The notes beneath the pieces are model-generated. The model saw nothing but the letters and a program-made list of their open reading frames with translations. It had not been told where the DNA came from and searched no databases. Below, one piece after another: positions 16,836 to 25,213 of a DNA stretch of 64,000 nucleotides. Location: NCBI GenBank assembly GCA_963977675.1, contig CAXBPY010000003.1, positions 9,216 through 73,215 of the forward strand, read 5' to 3'. The stretch's first letter is position 1. Every line of letters starts with the position of its first letter. This DNA is from an uncultured bacterium (lineage in GTDB: Bacteria; Bacteroidota; Bacteroidia; Chitinophagales; UBA10324). Made by a program: the position numbers and the translations under genes.

Positions 16836-17540
16836 ATGAAATACATTTTAACACTTGCAATAATTTGCGCCTCCCTGCTCCTTCATGCTCAGGGAAATTT
16901 TGAGCTCAGCGCAAATGCCTGGACATTCAACGCGCCCAATCTGAACCGCACAGTTTATGTATATAACTACACGCGCCAGTGGCTCACCAATAAAATGGAT
17001 TACTTCAATGGCGGCAAGGGATGGACTATGTATTACGGTGTGTTATATGACCATATCGGAATTGGTTTGGGAATCGGGCACAACCGCCAAACCAATACTT
17101 CCAATGGCATTGAACCTGTGTCGGGCACTATGGCTTACCGGCAAATCATTTACACTTCCACACGCTTGTTTGCTGATATACCCGTTCGCCTGGTGAACAA
17201 AAAACATTTGGAAATAAATTATGTGCCGTCAATTGAAGCTGTAAATAATTCGCTGATGACAAAGTATGGTCATGATGCTGATATGAAAAATCCTGAAACG
17301 ATTCAAGCCACCGGGCAATACAACTGGGGCACTACTCAGTCAATAGCATTCAGGTATTTCCCAACCAATTGGTTTGGCGTGAGTGTAAAACCCTTTGCAA
17401 CACTCAACTTAAAACAAACTCCGGTGAATGACTTGCAAGTTTATTTGCAGGGAGCTGCCATCAGTCAGCCCGTGCCGGAGCGGTTTAATATTTACGGCCT
17501 CTCGTTCTCAATAATTTTTGCGAAGAGAGATTGGTATTAA
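16836..17540 (+). CDS. hypothetical outer-membrane beta-barrel-like protein
   Basis: Signal peptide ASLLLHAQ. It shows an alternating aromatic/polar beta-strand pattern and ends in an aromatic residue (RDWY). I recognise no family. Confidence 0.5.
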   Translation: MKYILTLAIICASLLLHAQGNFELSANAWTFNAPNLNRTVYVYNYTRQWLTNKMDYFNGGKGWTMYYGVLYDHIGIGLGIGHNRQTNTSNGIEPVSGTMAYRQIIYTSTRLFADIPVRLVNKKHLEINYVPSIEAVNNSLMTKYGHDADMKNPETIQATGQYNWGTTQSIAFRYFPTNWFGVSVKPFATLNLKQTPVNDLQVYLQGAAISQPVPERFNIYGLSFSIIFAKRDWY

Positions 17541-20341
17541 AACAAGCTCGCCTGATTACTCTTCTTATCTTTTTTGTCTCCTGATTTTTTTGCTGCAGGT
17601 TTTATTTCCCACTCCACATCGGCCGCACGGCTGCTGTACAAATCGTTGAGTGTTGTAAGTTCTTTGAGTTTGCTCTTGCCTGTAGTTTGTTTCAGGTTTT
17701 TAGTTCCAGGTTTCAAGGAAGAAAGTTTCAGGTTCTTAGTTTCAGGTTTCAAGTCAATTCTCTTCTGAACGATTTCTTTTTTGGTAGCAACAACTTTTGG
17801 TGCTGATTTTTCTACTGTAGATTTTGGTTTCTCAGCTGTTGAATCATTCACTACAGATTTCTCTCCAATGAAATTCGCCTCTACAAACTCCTTCTCCTCG
17901 CACACTTTGTTCCCAACAGCTTTTGTCGCTTTCACTTCAATGTCCTTCGCCACATTTATTTTCTTTTCAGTTGGAGTTTTCTTTTTTCCGGTTTGAAGCA
18001 AAAGTTTTGGTTCATCCGCCACACTCACGCACACTGCATGGCATCCTTCCTCTTCGGGCATGAAAGAAAATTTCTTATCGAGTGTTTGTGTTTCAATGTT
18101 GAAGCGCTTGAGGTAATATGCTTTGTTGCCGCCGTGATAGTAGAGTGATGAAATAATTTCCGCTGCATTGAACTTCCGAATCTCCAGCAACTGTGCAGGG
18201 TCAAATTTGTTGGTGAGTTCGGTGTTGGTGATTTCGTAAGTGCCGTCTTTAAATAGTGAAAGCAGCATTTCATTCTCTTCAAAGTTGCCGAGGTATTTTC
18301 CTTTCTCCTCGGTATTCAGTTTTCCGAATTGCTCATCAAACCAAAGTTTCTTTCCGGTAATCATCGGAGCGCCTTTCTCTTTGAGCTTCACACTGCGCAC
18401 AGGGTACTTTGTAATGATGTTTCCGATGGAGCCGCGGCCCTTCACTGCAATCTCACTGAAGTTGTAATCAAAAACTTTTATGCGCGCACTCGAACTTGGG
18501 TTCAGAGTCACCGTCACAATTTCATTTTCAGCATTAGGGTTCACGCTGAAGTAAACCACCTTGCTACCCTCGCTGCCGCGCGTGAGTTCGTATTCTTTGT
18601 CGCGCGTGATGCCGGTTACATTAAATCTTTTCACCAATGCCGGACCGGTTTTTCCATCCTGATAAATCATGTGATACACCGTGCGGTCATCATTCTTATT
18701 AAAGATGGCGAGATGAATGATATCCTTCCCGACAAAAGTTTTTTCCGCCACGCGGCTCACCATCATTTTTCCATCCTTGCGAAAAACAATAATGTCGTCG
18801 AGGTCGGAGCAGTCGAAAGCGAATTCATCTTTCTTTAATCCGTAACCAATGAAACCTTCTGCACGGTTCACATATAATTTCTGATTGGCGATTGCAACGC
18901 TCTTCGCCTGAATAGTGTCGAAGAGTTTTACTTCTGTTTTGCGCTCACGGTCTTTACCGTATTTCTTCAGAAGGTTTTCGAAATATTCAATTGTAAAATC
19001 TTTCAGGTTGGCAAGATTATTTTTCACTTGCTTGATTGCATCTTCCACTCCCTTGATGTGCTCGTCCGCTTTGAACGAATCGAATTTCGAAATGCGCTTG
19101 ATGCGGATTTCAGTGAGGCGAACAATATCTTCCTCAGTGATTTCGCGCTTGAAAAGTTTTTTGTATTTCGAAAGTCCTTTGTCAATTGCTTTGATTACTG
19201 CCTCCCATGTTTCACACTCTTCAATGTCGCGGTAAATCCGTTTCTCAATAAATATTTTTTCGAGAGAAGAAAAATGCCAATCCTCCTGCAACTCACCGAG
19301 TTTTATTTCCAACTCGCGCTTGAGCAAGTCCATTGTTTTGGCAGTGGAAATTTTCAGCAACTCATACACTGAAACAAACTGAGGCTTGTCATCCACAATC
19401 ACACACGCACTCGGAGAAATAGAAATTTCGCAATCAGTAAAAGCATACAGCGCATCAATCGTTATGTCGGGCGAAATGCCGGGCGCGAGTTGAATTTCTA
19501 TTTCAACATCCTTCGCTGTGTTGTCAACTACCTTCTTGATTTTGATTTTGCCATTGTCGTTTGCCTTCACAATGCTGTCCATCAGTTGCGTGGTTGTGAC
19601 ACCATACGGAACATCTTTAATGATCAAAGTTTTTTTGTCGCGCTCTTCAATGCGCGCACGCACGCGAACCTTTCCGCCGCGCTCGCCATCGTTGTAATTA
19701 CTTACATCAATCAATCCGCCGGTGAGAAAATCAGGATAGAGCGAAACTTTTTTTCCGCGTACTACATCGATAGAACCTTTCAGCAGCTCACAGAAATTAT
19801 GAGGCAGCACCTTGGTTGAGAGACCAACTGCAATTCCTTCCACACCTTGCGCAAGCAAGAGCGGAAATTTCATTGGCAAAGTGAGCGGCTCTTTTTTTCT
19901 TCCGTCGTAACTCAGTTGCCAGTTAGTTGTCTGTGCATTGAACGCAACTTCGAGTGCAAATTTGGAAAGCCGTGCTTCGATGTATCGCGGAGCAGCAGCA
20001 GCATCTCCTGTGCGCACATCGCCCCAGTTTCCCTGCGTTTCAATCAGCAAATCTTTCTGACCAAGATTCACCATGGCATCGCCAATGCTTGCATCGCCGT
20101 GCGGGTGATACTGCATGGTTTGTCCGATGATATTCGCCACTTTGTTGAAGCGACCATCATCCATTTCCTTCATAGCATGCAGTATGCGTCGCTGCACCGG
20201 TTTCAATCCATCTTCCACCGCAGGCACAGCGCGCTCGAGTATTACATAAGAAGCATAATCGAGAAACCAATCTTTATACATGCTCTCGACATGCTTGCTC
20301 TCGTGCAGTTTCTCTTCGTTCTTTTTTTCTTGTTCTGACAT
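17537..20341 (-). CDS. parC: DNA topoisomerase IV subunit A with a Lys-rich C-terminal extension
   Basis: YASYVILERAVPAVEDGLKPVQRRILHAM...YHPHGDASIGDAMVNLGQ and the catalytic region AAAPRYIEARL are present. The tail of roughly 100 residues is low-complexity and K/T/S-rich. Confidence 0.9.
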   Translation of the reverse strand: MSEQEKKNEEKLHESKHVESMYKDWFLDYASYVILERAVPAVEDGLKPVQRRILHAMKEMDDGRFNKVANIIGQTMQYHPHGDASIGDAMVNLGQKDLLIETQGNWGDVRTGDAAAAPRYIEARLSKFALEVAFNAQTTNWQLSYDGRKKEPLTLPMKFPLLLAQGVEGIAVGLSTKVLPHNFCELLKGSIDVVRGKKVSLYPDFLTGGLIDVSNYNDGERGGKVRVRARIEERDKKTLIIKDVPYGVTTTQLMDSIVKANDNGKIKIKKVVDNTAKDVEIEIQLAPGISPDITIDALYAFTDCEISISPSACVIVDDKPQFVSVYELLKISTAKTMDLLKRELEIKLGELQEDWHFSSLEKIFIEKRIYRDIEECETWEAVIKAIDKGLSKYKKLFKREITEEDIVRLTEIRIKRISKFDSFKADEHIKGVEDAIKQVKNNLANLKDFTIEYFENLLKKYGKDRERKTEVKLFDTIQAKSVAIANQKLYVNRAEGFIGYGLKKDEFAFDCSDLDDIIVFRKDGKMMVSRVAEKTFVGKDIIHLAIFNKNDDRTVYHMIYQDGKTGPALVKRFNVTGITRDKEYELTRGSEGSKVVYFSVNPNAENEIVTVTLNPSSSARIKVFDYNFSEIAVKGRGSIGNIITKYPVRSVKLKEKGAPMITGKKLWFDEQFGKLNTEEKGKYLGNFEENEMLLSLFKDGTYEITNTELTNKFDPAQLLEIRKFNAAEIISSLYYHGGNKAYYLKRFNIETQTLDKKFSFMPEEEGCHAVCVSVADEPKLLLQTGKKKTPTEKKINVAKDIEVKATKAVGNKVCEEKEFVEANFIGEKSVVNDSTAEKPKSTVEKSAPKVVATKKEIVQKRIDLKPETKNLKLSSLKPGTKNLKQTTGKSKLKELTTLNDLYSSRAADVEWEIKPAAKKSGDKKDKKSNQASLF
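17689..17755. repeat. two blocks of heptamer repeats (GTTTCAG GTTTTTA GTTCCAG GTTTCAA ... AGTTTCA GGTTCTT AGTTTCA GGTTTCA) inside the parC 3' coding region
   Basis: GTT recurs at 17689, 17696, 17703 and 17710, then at 17725, 17732, 17739 and 17746. The tract encodes DLKPETKNLKLSSLKPGTKNLKQT. Confidence 0.75.
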
Positions 20342-20345
20342 CTTA

Positions 20346-20377
20346 GTTCATTGGTTCATTAGTTCACCTGTTCATGG
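20346..20377. repeat. octamer tandem tract (GTTCATTG GTTCATTA GTTCACCT GTTCATGG) 5 nt upstream of the parC ATG
   Basis: GTTCA recurs at 20346, 20354, 20362 and 20370. The parC start codon is at 20341-20339 on the minus strand. Confidence 0.85.
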
Positions 20378-20393
20378 GTGTTTGTATTCATCA

Positions 20394-20425
20394 TCAAATT
20401 TTCAAATCTCCAAATTTTCAAATTG
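20394..20425. repeat. octamer tandem tract (TCAAATTT TCAAATCT CCAAATTT TCAAATTG) in the parC leader
   Basis: CAAA recurs at 20395, 20403, 20411 and 20419. It shares the exact 16-mer TTTCAAATCTCCAAAT and the 12-mer CAAATTTTCAAA with the mutS leader tract. Confidence 0.85.
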
Positions 20426-20522
20426 GTATTCGGCAAAGATTTCATTCGGAGTGAAAGGTGAAAATAATTTTTCTCAAACTTTCCAACGCTATTAACAAAG
20501 ATTGTGTGGAAGTGACACCCTC

Positions 20523-20888
20523 TTACCACTGCTGTACGATGATGCACACTCCCGATTTATCGAGCAGCGCGAATTCTTTTGCACCCCACGGTTTTAGGGT
20601 TACACTGTTTCCGTTCGGATGAAGCAGCTCCGGGAATTTCGTTTTCACCTGTTCATAAACTTCTGTGATGTTTTCGGTTTGCAATCGCAATTCGGGTCGG
20701 TCCTTCTCCGCAAACTCACGGCTTTGAATAAGAAACACCCCGAGTGAATCTTTCTCCGCCACGCAAGATGGCTCTTCTGCGCTCAGATTGTTGTAACTGA
20801 TTTTAAATCCAAGGCATTCAACAAAAAGTTTCAATCCAACTTTTATATCAGTATAAAAAATATTCGGAGTGAGTCGTGTGAATTTCAT
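20523..20888 (-). CDS. VOC (glyoxalase/bleomycin-resistance) family protein
   Basis: From the ATG at 20888 the protein reads MKFTRLTPNIFYTDIKVGLKLFVECLGFK...KPWGAKEFALLDKSGVCIIVQQW. The longer track ORF (to 21023) would overlap the upstream gene by 134 nt. Confidence 0.7.
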   Translation of the reverse strand: MKFTRLTPNIFYTDIKVGLKLFVECLGFKISYNNLSAEEPSCVAEKDSLGVFLIQSREFAEKDRPELRLQTENITEVYEQVKTKFPELLHPNGNSVTLKPWGAKEFALLDKSGVCIIVQQW

Positions 20889-20889
20889 T

Positions 20890-21510
20890 TTATTCGATTG
20901 AAGTGTAAACGATTCCTGCATAGATATAATAGAGCCACCCGCCCGTAACGAGGCAAAGTGAAATAATGGGAAACCAAATTGCGAGCACTGTATTTGAAAG
21001 ATTAAATACACAAGTGAAAACAATCACCCTCCTCGTGTCAGTAATTTTATTTTTCGCTGCTTCATCCTTCGCCAGGTTTTTTGGTGCGATAGCAGAAGAA
21101 AAAACGGTGAGCCATGCAACTGAATGAAGGAAAATAGTGGAGCAATAAATCATTACCGGAATGTTGGAGTAATCCGTGTTAATGAATCTTCCGAGCACTC
21201 CGGTTGTGAATGGAAAAATAATTACTGTAAGCATCAGAAATCCGTTTGCATAAACAAACACGCTCGAAGTTTTGTTGAGCGATGCACTCATGTGATGATG
21301 ATTCACCCATGCAATCAACAGTGTTAGAAAGGTGAGCAGGAATGCAAACCCGGAGGGCCACTGAGACAAAAGCATTTGAAGCAACTCCTTTCCTGAATGA
21401 ATATTTTCTGTATCCGGAATTTTTATTTCAAGAATCAGCAAGGTGATTGCGATAGCAAATATTCCATCGCAGAAAGTTTCGAGTCGGTTGTTGGGATTGT
21501 GATGAGACAT
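20890..21510 (-). CDS. TMEM175 family potassium channel (DUF1211)
   Basis: RLETFCDGIFAIAITLLILEIKIP is the TMEM175 signature helix (RxxxFSD-like). Six predicted TM segments are present. Confidence 0.85.
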   Translation of the reverse strand: MSHHNPNNRLETFCDGIFAIAITLLILEIKIPDTENIHSGKELLQMLLSQWPSGFAFLLTFLTLLIAWVNHHHMSASLNKTSSVFVYANGFLMLTVIIFPFTTGVLGRFINTDYSNIPVMIYCSTIFLHSVAWLTVFSSAIAPKNLAKDEAAKNKITDTRRVIVFTCVFNLSNTVLAIWFPIISLCLVTGGWLYYIYAGIVYTSIE

Positions 21511-21680
21511 GGTTTGAAGGTTGAAAAATGATCAACAAATATTTATTCTGAAATTGTTTCTTGTGTCAAAGAAAAAAATCTGGATATAATTTAGAAATCA
21601 AATTCATTCGATGTTATGCCGATACATCATGCTTTTTACAAATTCGAATATTGAAATAGCTGAATATTTATTTTCGCATC

Positions 21681-22415
21681 ATGTGCTACAACATTGCGTA
21701 CATGGAAAAACGCCAGCAAAAAATAGCCGAACGCTATAAAAATGTTCTGCAGATTCCTGCAAATGAAAAGAACACGCAGCTGGAACTTCCAATCAGTTAT
21801 TTTCAAAGCGGATTTGCATTTCCATTGATGCCCATCGTAAAGCATGACGGCATATTTCTTTTTCACTGGGGATTAATTCCACATTGGGTAAAAGACGAAA
21901 CAACCGCAAAGGATATCCGGATGAAAACACTAAACGCTGTTGGTGAAACCATTTGGGAAAAATCGAGCTTCAGAAAATGCATAGCAAACAAACGCTGCCT
22001 TATTCCTGTTAATGGGTTCTATGAGTGGCGCGATGTAAACAAAGTAAAATATCCATACTATATCCGTTCTATAGAGAATGATATTTTTTCACTTGGTGGA
22101 ATCTACGAGGAGTGGCTGAACAAAGTGACCGGCGAAGTGATACACTCTTTCAGCATTGTAACAACTCAGGCCAATCCGTTGATGGAAAAAATTCACAACC
22201 TGAAAAAAAGAATGCCTCTTATCTTACATCAATCTGATGAAGAAAAGTGGTTGAACCCTAGTTTGCCGCAAGCTGAAGTGAATAGTCTTATCCAGCCTTT
22301 TCCTCAGGATCAAATGAACGCCTATACAATTTCAAAAAACGCAAACAGCTCACGCTACAATCGTAATGTGCCGGAAATATTAGAGAAGGTTAACTATCCT
22401 GAACTTGAGGGCTGA
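21681..22415 (+). CDS. SOS response-associated peptidase (SRAP/YedK family, abasic-site DNA-protein crosslinking)
   Basis: The protein begins MC (catalytic Cys2). FHWGLIPHW, RCLIPVNGFYEW and SFSIVTTQANPLMEKIHNLKKRMPLIL match SRAP motifs. Confidence 0.9.
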   Translation: MCYNIAYMEKRQQKIAERYKNVLQIPANEKNTQLELPISYFQSGFAFPLMPIVKHDGIFLFHWGLIPHWVKDETTAKDIRMKTLNAVGETIWEKSSFRKCIANKRCLIPVNGFYEWRDVNKVKYPYYIRSIENDIFSLGGIYEEWLNKVTGEVIHSFSIVTTQANPLMEKIHNLKKRMPLILHQSDEEKWLNPSLPQAEVNSLIQPFPQDQMNAYTISKNANSSRYNRNVPEILEKVNYPELEG

Positions 22416-22727
22416 TACTTCAGAATTAATATGATGAAGCAAATGTGTGTATGAAGTATTGATGTATCATCGATTAAATTGTCAAGCGCTTTATTGCTAA
22501 AAAAATTAGCGGCCATTCGAACAATAGATGAGGATTGAATCATCAAACGGCTTAAACAATTTCATCCTTTAACCGGGAAAATTCGATGAGGCGATTCTTG
22601 CTCACTCAATCTCATTCTATAATTAGTGGAATGATTTGCTCAGCAGAAGCAATAAAAAATCAATTTCCTTTTTCAGAAATTTTTCTGTGAATAAAATTAT
22701 TCAGCCATGATGAAAAATGTCTTTGAC

Positions 22728-23213
22728 TTATTGCTTCGTTAATATTTCTTCACTCTTATCATAAAAATAACTGTTTCCCATATTGGAAGCAATGAATTTT
22801 TTCAGCTCCTCGCTAGTGTTGAATTCCTCATCAATATTTTCAGTTAGCTCCATCAGCGTAATTGTTTCCGGGCCTTTAATTTCCATCCGGTAGAGATAAA
22901 AAGTTTTTGAGGAAGCATTGTCTGCGTCATCAGAGCAAACATTCAGAAAATTAATCCCATTAATAACCGATACATAAGCAAGATATTTTTCATCGCTTGA
23001 ACCTTTTGTTTTTTTCAGAACGCTATAAGTGTAATCGTCCTTCTGATCGATCTTGTATCGGGTGTCTTCACTGTCGCTTGTTTTCCATGTGCCAAAAAGT
23101 TTTGCATCCACCTTCACGGATGGGGAATCAATTGGAACACTGGAATCATATGGGCAGGCGCTGAAGGTCACTGAAAACGCTATTAATAAAAACGCATAAA
23201 AAAATTGTTTCAT
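22728..23213 (-). CDS. hypothetical lipoprotein
   Basis: Lipoprotein signal VTFSAC. I recognise no family. Confidence 0.5.
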   Translation of the reverse strand: MKQFFYAFLLIAFSVTFSACPYDSSVPIDSPSVKVDAKLFGTWKTSDSEDTRYKIDQKDDYTYSVLKKTKGSSDEKYLAYVSVINGINFLNVCSDDADNASSKTFYLYRMEIKGPETITLMELTENIDEEFNTSEELKKFIASNMGNSYFYDKSEEILTKQ

Positions 23214-23295
23214 GATTAAATGATTTTTAACTGGTGATTAAAATTAAAAATTGGATCAGACTATAATATTAATAACTATCCATTCAGTTTTGTTA

Positions 23296-24489
23296 TTAGC
23301 TGATGTAATCGCTGAGATATTCAAATCGTGGAAGCAGTTTCCCGCCTCTTGCAATTGTTGCACGCTCAATAATGTTGCTGCTGTTTTCTACTAATTCTTC
23401 AACCACATATTCAATTAGCTTATCGCCAAATTCGTGCGACGCTTCACGCGGCAATTCATTCGGAAGATTGCTTACTGCCATTACATCTATCACTTGCGGT
23501 TGGTATGGAGCTTCTTCTTTTTCAGTTGCCGGATTGTAACCGAAAACAGGATTGTCAATTGAAGTATCGCGAATGGTAGCAGCAACAGAACCATCAACAT
23601 CGCAGGTAATATCACCGATCACTTTTATTCTGAAATCAGGAGAGCGCATATCTGCTTTCGTGAAAAATGGCGGCGCCGATGGATGCCAGTAAATCGCATT
23701 AAGAAATAAGTTGGTGACTTTAGCAAATGGAAGAAAAGCAGATTCATACAATTCAGGATGCAGATGAAATTCTTCGCGGTTGAATTTTTTTCCATCTTTT
23801 TTTTCATAAAGTTGTGAAGTATTCAACACAACATAAACCGGCTCGTCAAAATTTTTTGTCAGATAATTCTGAACGCTTACCATTCTTATATTCAGTTTCT
23901 CCAATAAATCAAAAACTCCTCTTGCAACTCTTCCTGTTCCTGTAACACAAATTTTTATTGCAGGAATTTTTATTCGCTTGTATTGCTCTAGCATTTCCTG
24001 AAAATCCTTGCACTGATGTGCAGGTTTCAAATCGAAAAGTTTGTAACGCTTTCCGTAGGTGAGAAATGAATTGTGTGTCCCTACGATTCCTGCAAAGTGA
24101 CCAAAGCCAAGAATCCGCTCACCGTTTTCCCAAACCAAACATTCATAATCTATCAGTTCAATTTTCTTGCGAATGATTTCCTTCATCATCGCCTGGTTGT
24201 GCGGCTGCTTTTTTATGGTGTGAGAAAAGAATAAATATTTTTTTCCTTCAATCAGTTTTTCTTTCGGAACTTCTTTTATTCCAACCAGCACATCTGCCTC
24301 TGACACATCTTCACGAATTTCAATTCCTTCAGCATCATATTCATAATCGCTGAAACAGCGGATGGGAGAGGGCTGCACAATAATTTTCAACTCCGGATAT
24401 TTATTCATCAGCCACACACATTGCTCCGGTGAAAATGCGACACGCGTGTCAACAGGTTTTTTTTCTTCTCTTATCAGCGCAAGAATCAT
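23296..24489 (-). CDS. saccharopine dehydrogenase / lysine-ketoglutarate reductase-like NAD(P) oxidoreductase (AlaDH/PNT fold)
   Basis: The N-terminal IREEKKPVDTRVAFSP...VLVGIKEV...YLFFSHT and the Rossmann segment ICVTGTGRVARG resemble LKR/SDH-type enzymes. The exact substrate is not determinable. Confidence 0.6.
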   Translation of the reverse strand: MILALIREEKKPVDTRVAFSPEQCVWLMNKYPELKIIVQPSPIRCFSDYEYDAEGIEIREDVSEADVLVGIKEVPKEKLIEGKKYLFFSHTIKKQPHNQAMMKEIIRKKIELIDYECLVWENGERILGFGHFAGIVGTHNSFLTYGKRYKLFDLKPAHQCKDFQEMLEQYKRIKIPAIKICVTGTGRVARGVFDLLEKLNIRMVSVQNYLTKNFDEPVYVVLNTSQLYEKKDGKKFNREEFHLHPELYESAFLPFAKVTNLFLNAIYWHPSAPPFFTKADMRSPDFRIKVIGDITCDVDGSVAATIRDTSIDNPVFGYNPATEKEEAPYQPQVIDVMAVSNLPNELPREASHEFGDKLIEYVVEELVENSSNIIERATIARGGKLLPRFEYLSDYIS

Positions 24490-24590
24490 TCGAGGAATTT
24501 TTTTGTTTAAAAATTTTTTGAGGCTCGCAATCTTAATTCAAAATCATTCAAGAAATTTTTTATGGCTTTATGATAATTAAACACTGCTTT

Positions 24591-24598
24591 TATATTTG
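24591..24598 (+). promoter_or_regulatory. Bacteroidota-type -7 promoter element TATATTTG upstream of tRNA-Gly
   Basis: It is an exact match to the TAnnTTTG consensus, 10 nt before the tRNA 5' end. No clean TTTG -33 element is visible. Confidence 0.4.
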
Positions 24599-24607
24599 CC
24601 GCCCCCC

Positions 24608-24680
<73 letters not shown>

Positions 24681-24693
24681 CATTGAAATATCA

Positions 24694-24728
24694 GGTTATT
24701 AGTTTTTCGTTATAAGTTATTAGTAGCT
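24694..24728. repeat. heptamer tandem tract (GGTTATT AGTTTTT CGTTATA AGTTATT AGTAGCT) between the two tRNA genes
   Basis: GTT/GTA recurs at 24695, 24702, 24709, 24716 and 24723. The reverse complement (AATAACT, TATAACG ...) is the same word family as 13796-13830. Confidence 0.75.
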
Positions 24729-24802
24729 TCTGGATACCAAAGTCGCCTACGAACAACAAATAACTTTTCACTAATGTCGTTCTATAATAACTTTTGAAAC
24801 TC

Positions 24803-24888
24803 GCCTTGGTGGTGGAACTGGTAGACACGCAGGACTTAAAATCCTGTCGCCCGAAACGGCGGTGCGGGTTCGATTCCCGCCTGAGGCA
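24803..24888 (+). tRNA. tRNA-Leu (anticodon TAA)
   Basis: Acceptor GCCTTGG/CTGAGGC (two G-U pairs), anticodon arm CAGGA-CTTAAAA-TCCTG, a long variable arm, and T-arm GCGGG-TTCGATT-CCCGC. The length is 86 nt. Confidence 0.85.
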
Positions 24889-25213
24889 CTTTACTAAATG
24901 TTTGGAGGCATTACTTCCCCTCCGATGAACAACATAATTTATAGTTCTTCAAGAGTAAGACAGAAGGTTTGAAAGTTGAATGCTGGAAAGTGTATTGATA
25001 AAACCAAGTTCAAAATTTGAGTAGCAATTTATTTTTTACGGCAGAAAATGTCATTAAAATAAATTCTTCTTTCCCTAATAGAATTTACCAGTAGATGATT
25101 TTAATAGTTGAAATGTGCATTTTTAGAAATTGGTTCTATTGAATTAAGATCCAAAATCTATACGCTCAAGATAGAGCGTAAGCGAATGTCAGCGACATTT
25201 CATTTGTTCAAAT

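Noticed and set aside
17574-20338. Numerous long ORFs (up to 169 aa) antisense to parC on the plus strand
   Set aside because: They all lie inside a confidently identified 934-aa topoisomerase gene. Their products are low-complexity and lack motifs. They are typical shadow ORFs caused by codon bias.
7559-20341. The visibly higher GC of mutS, parC, rocD and some other core genes compared with the secreted-protein genes, considered as evidence of horizontal transfer or a chimeric assembly
   Set aside because: The GC-richer genes are universal housekeeping genes embedded co-linearly among AT-rich neighbours, with shared repeat words in their leaders. Selection on codon usage is a simpler explanation. 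I cannot compute statistics here.
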